Shown: positions 29,960 through 37,926 of the stretch, piece after piece
Layout of the letters: each line of letters begins with the position of its first letter
Numbering within the stretch: the stretch's first letter is position 1
DNA from: Gemmatimonadales bacterium
GTDB taxonomy: Bacteria > Gemmatimonadota > Gemmatimonadetes > Gemmatimonadales > GWC2-71-9
NCBI GenBank assembly: GCA_036377715.1
Contig: DASUXW010000194.1
Span: forward strand, 528-64,527
Direction: 5' to 3'
Length of the DNA stretch: 64,000 nucleotides
Notes under the pieces: model-generated
Told to the model about the DNA's origin: nothing
The model's database searches: none
What the model saw: only the letters and a program-made list of their open reading frames with translations
Program-made: the position numbers and the translations under genes

Positions 29960-30964
29960 TCAGACCAGCACCCCCTCCAGCGGCCTCCTAGGCGTGTGGT
30001 GCTCACCCGGGCGTGAGGAGAACCCCACCCGGAACAGGTGCTGCGGGATCCAGCCCTGCACCGGCAGCAGCTCCCGGACAGCCGCCCTCAGCTCCGGGTG
30101 CCGCATGGTCTGGCTCATGGGCTGGATGCTGAGCCCACTCTCCGTCGCCGTGAGCCAGATGCGCTCGAACAGCTGACCGGTCCTGACGTGGGCGGGATGA
30201 CTGTCCCCGTCGGCGCAGATGAGACCGAGCAGCGCGGCGCCTTCGACGATCTCGTGGTCCTGGCGCGCCACCGACTCGCCGAGATCGATTCGCGAGACGG
30301 CCAGCTTCTCCAGCCGGGACACCACCCGCGACTCGCCGAATACCCTCTGTCCGATCCAGTAGGCCAGCTCGCGCCGGAACGCCGGGTCGGCGAACTCGAT
30401 GCGATCCGCCTCCACCGTGAGCAGGTCGATCCAGCGGCGGAAGTGGTGATCATGCGTCAGATAGACCTGGAGGTCGGCTTCCACGCGGCAGGCGGTCAGG
30501 CGGGACCGGAGCCATTCCGGCACCGGATGGGCCTGGAAGACACTGTTGTCGTTGTGGCGCCGGAGAATGGATTCGAGGGTAGCGCCCGCACGGGCGGAGG
30601 AGGGCGATCCGCCCGGCTCGAAGGTCGCCGTTGCCACCAGCTCCTCGTCCCGCGGCTCGGGGAAGTAGGAGACGCTATGCCGGAAGCCGAAGTGCTCGGC
30701 GGCGACGAGCAGGTTCTCCAGGGCGCAGCCCACGCTGATGTACAGCTCCCGGCGGCCGGGATCGGCGATCGAGAGCGCTCGACGCATATCGGCGATGAAG
30801 TGGACTCGATTTCTTTGGATGTGAAAGGCCCAGGGCTGACTGTTCCTGGTCGAAGGCGCCAGGATCCCGTACCGGAGGAGAAAGCCGAGTTGGGTCTCGA
30901 TGGAGGAGGCCGCCGGGAAGTCGTCCTCGGAGAGGTCCCAGACGTGCCGGGTCATGGATGCCAT
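29960..30964 (-). CDS. nitroreductase-family (Acg-like) FMN oxidoreductase
   Basis: 334-aa ORF. APSTRNSQPWAFH and the two-lobed nitroreductase pattern. Confidence 0.85.
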   Translation of the reverse strand: MASMTRHVWDLSEDDFPAASSIETQLGFLLRYGILAPSTRNSQPWAFHIQRNRVHFIADMRRALSIADPGRRELYISVGCALENLLVAAEHFGFRHSVSYFPEPRDEELVATATFEPGGSPSSARAGATLESILRRHNDNSVFQAHPVPEWLRSRLTACRVEADLQVYLTHDHHFRRWIDLLTVEADRIEFADPAFRRELAYWIGQRVFGESRVVSRLEKLAVSRIDLGESVARQDHEIVEGAALLGLICADGDSHPAHVRTGQLFERIWLTATESGLSIQPMSQTMRHPELRAAVRELLPVQGWIPQHLFRVGFSSRPGEHHTPRRPLEGVLV

Positions 30965-31036
30965 GCGCCACCTGCGGAGAGTCCTGCTGCAATCTTGCTC
31001 TCCGATCGTGAGCCCGGGATGAAGGTCGTGTGAAAG

Positions 31037-32158
31037 CTAGGTGCAGCCCGGCAGCGCGGGGCTCGGAGCACCCCCCGGCAGGTCCAGGTCCAGGCTCGAG
31101 TCGAACACGTTGCCCTCCCAGCAGTCCCCTGTTCCGGTCCCGTCCCACAGGAGGTCCACGCCAGGGGGAAGGAACGGGATCGGCTGCGCGCCTCCGTTGC
31201 CCGTGACGGTGTTTTCCCGCACCCGGACGTGATCGGGGAAGGGCTCGATGTCGTCGATCGGCACGCCGGCGAGCTCGGCGAGCAGGCCGGTATTGGCCAC
31301 GCCGACCCCCACGAAGCTGTTGCCGGTGATGCGGTTGGCGCTTACATCCGTCGCGTCCGTGCCCACGATCAGGATTCCGGAGCCGGTCGGCACGAACGCG
31401 TCGATGCCCTCGGTGCTGGGGTTGGGGCGGTTGTTGTCGTGCAGGTTGTTGTGGGTCAGCAAGAGGTCCGACGACGACTTGACGGAAAGCCCCGGCAGCA
31501 GCACCACCAGAACTCCCGCGACGTTGTCGAAGCTCTCGTTGTCGGAGACCTGGACATCGGACGAGTTCTCGATCTCGATGCCGCTGAGATTGCCGGAGGC
31601 CGTGCTGCCCCGAACCGCCACGTGCTCGGATTGACCGACATAGATGCCGGCATCGCCGTGTCCGCGTGCCGAGCAGCGCTCGATCAAGCCGTTCGAGGAC
31701 AGCACCGGAAAGAGGCCGTACTCCCCGTCGTTCTCGGCGACCACGTCGGAGAGGTGGAACCCGCTCACGCCCACGAGCAGGATCCCGTTCTCCTCGAAGT
31801 TCCGGACGGTGAGGTTGGCGATCTCCACACCGGCTCCCGCCGCGGTCACGGTGATGCCGTTCTCCTGGCCCCCCGGATTCTCGAGGATCGGGGGCCGCCT
31901 GCCGATTCCCACCAGCTCGATCCCGGCCCTGTCGATGGTCACGGACTGGGCATAGATCCCGGGACGGAGGAAGATCCGGTCTCCGGGCTGCGCGGCGTCC
32001 ACCGCCGCCTGGATCGATTCACCCGGCCCGACCACCGTGGTGTGGTGGCCGAAGGGCGCCGACTCCGGCGCCTGGGACCGAGGCCCGGACGGTGCGGTCG
32101 TGTCACATGCCGCGGCAAGAAGGGCGATGACGCAACAAAGAAACGAGCGAGTCGACAT
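31037..32158 (-). CDS. right-handed parallel beta-helix repeat lipoprotein (NosD/pectate-lyase-like fold)
   Basis: Internal ATG at 32158 (GGGAGG 6 nt upstream) of track ORF 31037..32314. Lipobox LLAAAC, with repeated ...GI.V..S..V.V..N... beta-helix rungs. Confidence 0.85.
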   Translation of the reverse strand: MSTRSFLCCVIALLAAACDTTAPSGPRSQAPESAPFGHHTTVVGPGESIQAAVDAAQPGDRIFLRPGIYAQSVTIDRAGIELVGIGRRPPILENPGGQENGITVTAAGAGVEIANLTVRNFEENGILLVGVSGFHLSDVVAENDGEYGLFPVLSSNGLIERCSARGHGDAGIYVGQSEHVAVRGSTASGNLSGIEIENSSDVQVSDNESFDNVAGVLVVLLPGLSVKSSSDLLLTHNNLHDNNRPNPSTEGIDAFVPTGSGILIVGTDATDVSANRITGNSFVGVGVANTGLLAELAGVPIDDIEPFPDHVRVRENTVTGNGGAQPIPFLPPGVDLLWDGTGTGDCWEGNVFDSSLDLDLPGGAPSPALPGCT

Positions 32159-32200
32159 GGGGTGCCTCCCTGGCTCCGTGCTGGCGAGGTAGGGCGCGAC

Positions 32201-32891
32201 GCGCCACTCGCCTGGTTCCCGCGCCTCGAGCTCTCTTTCCGGAGGCGTGATCTCCTCCTCCCGCTCCGATAGCGGGATTTCCCGCTGCATCATCACTGCA
32301 TCCCGCCACGTCATCGCCGCTTCCCGCCCCGTTCGGACAGATCCCGCGGCGTCGCGCCGAGCTCCCGTTCCGTGCTCGAGATTTCCCGCTGGACGGCCTT
32401 CTCGTCCCGCTTGGTCATCTCCCCGTCCCGCCGCGCGATCGCCGCGTCCCCTTACGTCACGGGCACCTCCCGCTCCCGACGCTGTGCTTCCCGACCCGAC
32501 ACCGCGCCATCCCGTTGCGCGATCGGTCCGCGCCGGGACGTCGCGGGGAGTTCCCGGCCGGCTTCGGCGTCTCCCGCTCCGTCACGCCTCCATCCCACGA
32601 CGGCGGTTCCAGTTCCCGTCATCGAACGCCCTTGTCCCGCGCCGAACGCGCTCCTTCCCGTTACGTGACTCCCACGTCCCGCTCCGACGCCCCTGCGTCG
32701 CGCGACGAGTGCGACAGTTCCCGCGAGCGATCGCTCGTCTCCAGGCGCATCACCTGCGCTTCCCGCCCTCGATGCTCCTCGTCCCGGTTCGCCGCCTGCG
32801 TCTCACGATCGAGACGCTTCAGTTCCCGCGGCGTCATCGCTCTCTCCCGCTCCGTCTCCGCGACGTCCCGAAGCATCACGCCCGCATCCCA
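32201..32891 (-). repeat. phased 21-bp array: ~33 units each beginning CGGGA (minus strand), non-coding as it stands
   Basis: Plus-strand TCCCG starts at 32217, 32259, 32280, 32301, 32322, 32342, 32363, 32384, 32405, 32426, 32468, 32489, 32510, 32552, 32572, 32614, 32635, 32656, 32677, 32719, 32761, 32782, 32824, 32845 and 32866. One-mismatch versions sit at the in-phase slots 32238, 32447, 32593, 32740, 32803 and 32887. Slots 32531 and 32698 are degenerate. Spacing is 21 throughout, except 20 at two places. Confidence 0.9.
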
Positions 32892-32945
32892 TTCTGTCGC
32901 AGCGACAACCCTCAACCGCCGAAGCAGGAAAGTTCGACGCATCAG

Positions 32946-34406
32946 CTATTCCGACACCACCGCGAGCGCGTTCACCTGGCCAGGGCCGTAGAAGCCGTTG
33001 TATCCCACGCCGCCCTGGCAGGTCGCCGGGAAGAAGCCGCCGGGATTGAACGGCTCGGGCGGGCAGGCCACCGGATCGGCCGTCCGGGTGATCAGCGCCT
33101 GCAGCTTACCGGGCGACATCGTGCCGTGCGCGGAGATCGCCAGGGCCGCGACACCGGCGACGTGCGGCGAGGCCATCGACGTTCCCTCAGAGAGCGCGTA
33201 GCCGCCCGGGAAGGTTGACAGGACCAATCCCGCAAAGGGATCCTCGGTCTGGAACGGGAAGTCACCGCCCGGCGCGACCACCTGAACGACGCCGACGCCG
33301 TAGTTCGAGTAGAAGGACTTCTGCCGCGACGGACCATTGGCCGAGACGCCGATCACGCCCGGGATCTCGACCGGGATGACGACGCAGGCGTTCGTCACCT
33401 CACGTGTGAGAGGCGGCCCGTCGTCCGGACTGATCCCGTCGATGTTCCGCTTCGAGAGGTCCTGGTTCTCGTTGATCAACGCCGCGACGACCGTCACCCC
33501 CTGCTGCATCGCGTAGCGGATCGCCCGCTGCTCCGCCTTCCAGATCGCCCGCTGCTCGGGGTCGTTCCGGCAGTTGAAGAGCCAGGGGTCGGCGAAGTAG
33601 CTGTTGTTGGTCACGTCCAGGTGATGCGAGCCAGCCCACATGAACGCGCAGATGACCGCCTCGGGGAAGAAGAACCCGGCGGAGGTGGCAGCCTTGATGG
33701 CCGCGACTTTCACGTTGGGCGCGACGCCGACGATTCCGATGCCGTTCCTGGCCGCGGCGATGGTCCCGGCCGTATGGGTGCCGTGCCCGTTGTCGTCGGC
33801 CCAGGCGGCGGGGTCCGGGTTCGCGACACCGCCGAGGCAGGAGACGCTGTTCGCGAAATCCACGTTGGGCGCCAGATCGGGGTGGGTGAAATGGATTCCC
33901 GTGTCGATATCGCCGACCACGACAGAGGGACTCCCGCCGTCGATCGCACGGGCCTCGGGAGCATGGATCTGCACCATGTCCCACTGATAGACTGAGAAGG
34001 GGTCGTCCCCGGGAGCCGGCGTGCCGGCCGGCAGCGGCTTGGCCTCTCTCAGCTCCTCAGTCATCCGGGTCGCGACACCGGCCGTCGCCGACGCACCCTC
34101 GACCCTCTTGTCCTTCCCGATGGCGGCGGCGAACGACGAGCTCGTCGACCGCGCGATCGCCACGCCGATGGCATCATAGCGCGCCACGAGCGTGCCGCCG
34201 GCGCCCGCCACCGTCTCGGCCGCATCGGCCGGGACCGCCGTTCCCTTGTAGAGAATGACGTAAGTGCCTGCCGCGCCGGCGCTCGCGCGGGCTGACGGGG
34301 TGACGTCCGGCGGGGTGCCGGGATCCGTGGGCGTAGGGTTCTCGCTGCACGCGAGCATGGCGATGCCGAGCGCGACGATCGGGACCAGGGGGGAGACGCG
34401 GTTCAT
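32946..34406 (-). CDS. S8-family (subtilisin-like) serine peptidase lipoprotein
   Basis: 486-aa ORF with lipobox IAMLAC. Catalytic-triad contexts VVVGDIDTGI (Asp), HGTHTAGTIAA (His) and GTSMASPHVAG (Ser). Confidence 0.93.
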   Translation of the reverse strand: MNRVSPLVPIVALGIAMLACSENPTPTDPGTPPDVTPSARASAGAAGTYVILYKGTAVPADAAETVAGAGGTLVARYDAIGVAIARSTSSSFAAAIGKDKRVEGASATAGVATRMTEELREAKPLPAGTPAPGDDPFSVYQWDMVQIHAPEARAIDGGSPSVVVGDIDTGIHFTHPDLAPNVDFANSVSCLGGVANPDPAAWADDNGHGTHTAGTIAAARNGIGIVGVAPNVKVAAIKAATSAGFFFPEAVICAFMWAGSHHLDVTNNSYFADPWLFNCRNDPEQRAIWKAEQRAIRYAMQQGVTVVAALINENQDLSKRNIDGISPDDGPPLTREVTNACVVIPVEIPGVIGVSANGPSRQKSFYSNYGVGVVQVVAPGGDFPFQTEDPFAGLVLSTFPGGYALSEGTSMASPHVAGVAALAISAHGTMSPGKLQALITRTADPVACPPEPFNPGGFFPATCQGGVGYNGFYGPGQVNALAVVSE

Positions 34407-34527
34407 GCGAGCCTCCTTCAGCCGGGGAGCTGTCCTTCTTGGGCCGGGTGTGCCCTGTTCCGGGCGCCGTTAGTTAGCGCGCCGGCCCGCCGTGCGCATG
34501 GGCCACTCATGCCCACCTGGACGTCCG

Positions 34528-34950
34528 TCAACTCCCGCGCTGCTCGCGCAGCGCGTTCTCCCGCGCGGCGATCTCCGGCCCGAAATCCTCGGGCTCCCAC
34601 ACGGGCCGGATCTCCAGGTCGCTTGGCCCCGGCATCGGGTTCGGGCACCGTTTGGCCCACTCGACCGCCTCCTCCATCGACCGCACCTGCCAGACCCAGT
34701 AACCGGCCACCAGCTCCTTGGTCTCGGCGAAGGGTCCGTCGGTCACCGATCGCCCGGTGCCGCTGAAGTGGATACGCTTGCCGAACTTGCTCGGCTTGAG
34801 CCCGTCGCCCGAGAGCATGATCCCGGCTTTCACCAGCTCCTCGTTGTACTTCCCCATCGCCTCGAACATCTCGGCGGCGCCTTCCATCTCGAGGGGGGAG
34901 TTCTCCGCCTCGGAATCCTTCGTCGCCTTCACGATCACCATCACGCGCAT
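34528..34950 (-). CDS. YciI-family (DGPF-type) protein
   Basis: 140-aa ORF. MRVMVIVKATKDSEA...GKYNEELVKAGIMLSGDGL...TDGPFAETKELVAGYWVW. Confidence 0.9.
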   Translation of the reverse strand: MRVMVIVKATKDSEAENSPLEMEGAAEMFEAMGKYNEELVKAGIMLSGDGLKPSKFGKRIHFSGTGRSVTDGPFAETKELVAGYWVWQVRSMEEAVEWAKRCPNPMPGPSDLEIRPVWEPEDFGPEIAARENALREQRGS

Positions 34951-35171
34951 ATGGCCTCCTCGGGTGGGCAGCCGGAGCCCCGGGTGGGCTCCGATCAGGT
35001 TCTACCTATCCGTCGAATCGCGGGGGGAAAATCGACAGATCGGACGAAGAGCTCGCCCGGGCAGCGGGCCCTACTTGTCCATTCCTGAAACGATCCTTAA
35101 CATGGAGCCCGAGCCGGTGCCCACCGGTGCTGGGGGCTGGGTGGTGGATTCCTCATCCAGGAGGCTCGGGC

Positions 35172-35876
35172 GTGCCGATCTCCTACACCCTCGAGCCTCT
35201 CCGCTCGACCGGACTCGTGCGTGTCACGATGACCGGCCTCATCACCGCCGACGCACTCGCGTCACACCTGCTGTACCTATCCGAACAACGACTGTTCGGG
35301 CTCCCCGAGTTCGTCGACATGCGGGCGGCCCGGCTCGGCTGGTCCGGTGAGGAGATACGGTGGATCACGCAGTTGGTCGCCGTGCTTCGCAAGCGCTACG
35401 GCCCCGCGGTGGTGAGCGTGCTGGCTGACGAGGACGACACGTTCGACGTCCTGATCCAGTACCTCCTCGCGGCTGGTGACGCCGATCCGGGGGTCGGTCT
35501 GTTCCGCGATCGCCGGGAGGCCGAGGGGTGGCTGCACGATCGGGAGTTCTCCAGTCCAGCCCCCGACCTGGTCTTCAGCTCTGCTCGGCGCGTGCAGGGC
35601 ACCGCCGGGCTCAAGCCCGAGCGGCCGCCGGCGGCAGGCTGCGGCGTGCTGGGGTACGCCCGCGTTCGACGGGGTCTGGTACGCAGCGCCGTCGGGCTGG
35701 ATCCGGCGCGCTGGTATCCCGTGATCGCGCAACCGGCCGACGTGCTGGCGATCCACGTCAAGGGCTTTGTATGGCTGAACGATGCGGGGCAGGTCCGGCG
35801 CGTGCCCCTCCGCCTGCTCGAGGTCATCTGGGGAGGCATGTCGCCGCCTATGGATAGCTGCCGAGGTGACGTATGA
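35172..35876 (+). CDS. hypothetical protein, N-terminal STAS/SpoIIAA-like-looking domain + unknown C-terminal domain
   Basis: GTG at 35172 with AGGAGG 8 nt upstream, inside track ORF 35127..35876. The N-terminal ~120 aa are paralogous to the C-terminus of the next gene. The fold guess is inference only. Confidence 0.6.
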   Translation: MPISYTLEPLRSTGLVRVTMTGLITADALASHLLYLSEQRLFGLPEFVDMRAARLGWSGEEIRWITQLVAVLRKRYGPAVVSVLADEDDTFDVLIQYLLAAGDADPGVGLFRDRREAEGWLHDREFSSPAPDLVFSSARRVQGTAGLKPERPPAAGCGVLGYARVRRGLVRSAVGLDPARWYPVIAQPADVLAIHVKGFVWLNDAGQVRRVPLRLLEVIWGGMSPPMDSCRGDV

Positions 35877-36511
35877 CCGATCTCGAACTCGAGCTGCTGC
35901 GCCGGATCGCGCCCACCGGCTCCACGTTCGCGCCCGAGGGCAGCAGCGGACTGGATCGTCAGGCATTTCGCGTCCTGGTCCGCCACGTACGATCCCTAAT
36001 GGCGCAGGGGCTGGTCGTCGCCGACTTCCTGATGCCGGAGGAGTCGCGGCGGACCGAGCCCTTGTTGATTTCCTGCTCGCTCACCGAACTCGGCCAGCTC
36101 GCGGTTGCGGGTGACCGCCTGACGGCGGGCAGCATCAGCTACACCGTAGACCACGAGGCGCGAATCGTCCGGGTCACTGCACGGGGCACCATTACGGCCG
36201 CGGATCATGTGCGGCACGTGCGGGGCCTGGCCGCGTCCGGGCTGTTTGGGTACCATCGGCTCGCGGATTATCGCGATGCCTTCGTCGACACCGGGCCGCA
36301 GGACCTGCAGCGGGTTCTTCAGGTGGTCCATCAGCTCCGACGCGGCACTCAGCCCGCGCGGACTGCGTTTGTCACCGCCAACGACACCTTCTACGGGATG
36401 CTGCGGATGTATGAGGCGCTTGCCGTCGACCCGGCGCACGTAGTGCGGGTGTTCCTGGACCTCGGCGAGGCTGAAGCCTGGCTGGGCTGCGCGGTGCCCC
36501 AAGCGAGGTGA
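35873..36511 (+). CDS. hypothetical protein, unknown N-terminal domain + C-terminal domain paralogous to 35172..35876 N-terminus
   Basis: 212-aa ORF. The start overlaps the upstream stop (ATGA). Shared motifs: ISYT..., VRVT..G.ITA, LFG, DTF, F.D..EAE.WL. Confidence 0.6.
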   Translation: MTDLELELLRRIAPTGSTFAPEGSSGLDRQAFRVLVRHVRSLMAQGLVVADFLMPEESRRTEPLLISCSLTELGQLAVAGDRLTAGSISYTVDHEARIVRVTARGTITAADHVRHVRGLAASGLFGYHRLADYRDAFVDTGPQDLQRVLQVVHQLRRGTQPARTAFVTANDTFYGMLRMYEALAVDPAHVVRVFLDLGEAEAWLGCAVPQAR

Positions 36512-36719
36512 TCGCCGCGGGCCACGCACCCGGCCATGCGAAGGTCAGGCACAAGTGCGACCGACCCGAGGAAGCAGAAAGCCCCGCAACTCGGTAGAGT
36601 CACAGGGCCTTCGAGTTGGGTCTGGCGAGGATGGGAGCTCGGTTGTCATCGGCGGTTCGAGGGCTCGATCGCCTCCGGCTCGAATGCTGGGCTTTGCCGG
36701 ACAGTATACCCGCCCCCGT

Positions 36720-37226
36720 TCACGCGAGGCGCCACTCCGCGAGCGAGGCGTAGGTCCGTCCGTGCTGATCCGGAACGATCGTCAGCTCGAGCGCGGTGAC
36801 CGCATCGAGATCGACGCTCAGCTCCTCGATCTCGCTGGTCGCGCCGGCAGGGCTGAACGTGTACTGCTGGCGGACGATTTCCTGGAACGACCGTCCTCCA
36901 TCCCGGGACCAGCGCAAGGCGAACTCCTGCGTCCGCTCGATGTCGGCCTCCTGGAACCGGAGCCGCATGTGTCGGAGCCGCTGCGGCGCACGGAACAGGA
37001 GGCGGATACTCTGCCTGCCGGGATCCGCCGCGCGCCAACCCGCTCCGCCGCTCGACACCAGCGCCCCCTCGATCGGGTGCGCGGCGTCCTCGGACGTGAT
37101 CTCCACCTCGGCCAGATGGTCCAGGTCCAGCCAGGTCCCCGGTGTTACCCGCTCCTCGACCGCGGCGCGAACGACCCGTTTCTCCATGCCTGATCCTTCC
37201 GATCCCGGCTCGCCCTGCCCGCTCAC
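36720..37226 (-). CDS. hypothetical protein, galactose-binding-domain-like (discoidin/F5-8C-like) impression
   Basis: 168-aa ORF. The GTG start overlaps the upstream stop (GTGA). An alternative ATG at 37187 has GGAAGGA upstream. The W.A.....Q.I.L.F......M.L.F pattern suggests a jelly-roll domain, with low certainty. Confidence 0.6.
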   Translation of the reverse strand: MSGQGEPGSEGSGMEKRVVRAAVEERVTPGTWLDLDHLAEVEITSEDAAHPIEGALVSSGGAGWRAADPGRQSIRLLFRAPQRLRHMRLRFQEADIERTQEFALRWSRDGGRSFQEIVRQQYTFSPAGATSEIEELSVDLDAVTALELTIVPDQHGRTYASLAEWRLA

Positions 37227-37690
37227 CAGGTCAGAATGTCGAGCTCGTCGAGACAGGCCGCAACCGAGACGAGCGAAGTGAGGTTGAGCTCCCGCCTGAA
37301 CCGGTATGCGGCGTCCCGCACGTCGCGGGAGACGGGCGTGCCGGTCCGCTGGCGATACAGGCGGTACGAGTCCCCCAGTTCCTCAAAGACTCGTCGGAGC
37401 GATCGGGCCTCTCGCACCTGCTCGGGGCTTCGGGTGGTGCTGGCCGACAACGGATCAGAAACCAGTGGCCGGCGGAGCCTCGCCCTGGGTCGCGTCGCCT
37501 TGGCGCGCCGATCCACGGCAAGGCCGGCCTCGCTGACGCGCGCCAGCACACGATCGGTAAGAGTTTGGGGAATGGGGCGATTCGATCCGCTTGGGCGGGA
37601 TGAGGGGTCGGACATTCGGGCCTGCCATTGGCTAAAGGCGGACGCCTCCGTGCCGGTGTGGGAAGAGGGTACCTGGGAACCTAGCGGCAT
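37223..37690 (-). CDS. hypothetical protein
   Basis: 155-aa ORF, translationally coupled to 36720..37226. No family recognised. Confidence 0.5.
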   Translation of the reverse strand: MPLGSQVPSSHTGTEASAFSQWQARMSDPSSRPSGSNRPIPQTLTDRVLARVSEAGLAVDRRAKATRPRARLRRPLVSDPLSASTTRSPEQVREARSLRRVFEELGDSYRLYRQRTGTPVSRDVRDAAYRFRRELNLTSLVSVAACLDELDILTW

Positions 37691-37926
37691 GTACCTCGAT
37701 TCGCGAACCGAAGTGGCTGCCGGCTAATCCACTCGAGCGATCGTGATGCGCTCGCAGGGCGTCGTTGGGGACCGGCAGAGCCGAACGGAAACGCCCCGGA
37801 AACGGTCCGGCCAACCATCACCGGCGCCCATCGACTGGAGCGGTAGGTTGAAGGGTCTCCGGCCGCCCCGCGCTTCGCGGCCAGGGTCGTACCTCCCTGT
37901 AACGCTCTCCCTGACGCGAGACCTCC

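Noticed and set aside
32247-33218. 323-aa plus-strand ORF spanning the whole 21-bp array (periodic SR / FPR / VPR peptides).
   Set aside because: It stays open only because the array strand lacks stop triplets. It continues 270 nt antisense into the well-supported S8 peptidase gene, has no RBS, and its periodic residues change with the two 1-nt phase slips. All three plus frames are open over part of the array, which is typical of GC-rich non-coding or antisense sequence.
35075-35103. Possible promoter TTGTCC-17-TAACAT upstream of 35172..35876.
   Set aside because: Both hexamers are weak matches. It is plausible, but not strong enough to list as a feature without mapping data.
36512-36719. 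The 209-bp convergent spacer with lower GC, as a possible small RNA.
   Set aside because: I could find no convincing stem-loops, promoter, terminator or known RNA motif by eye, so there is nothing to support a call.
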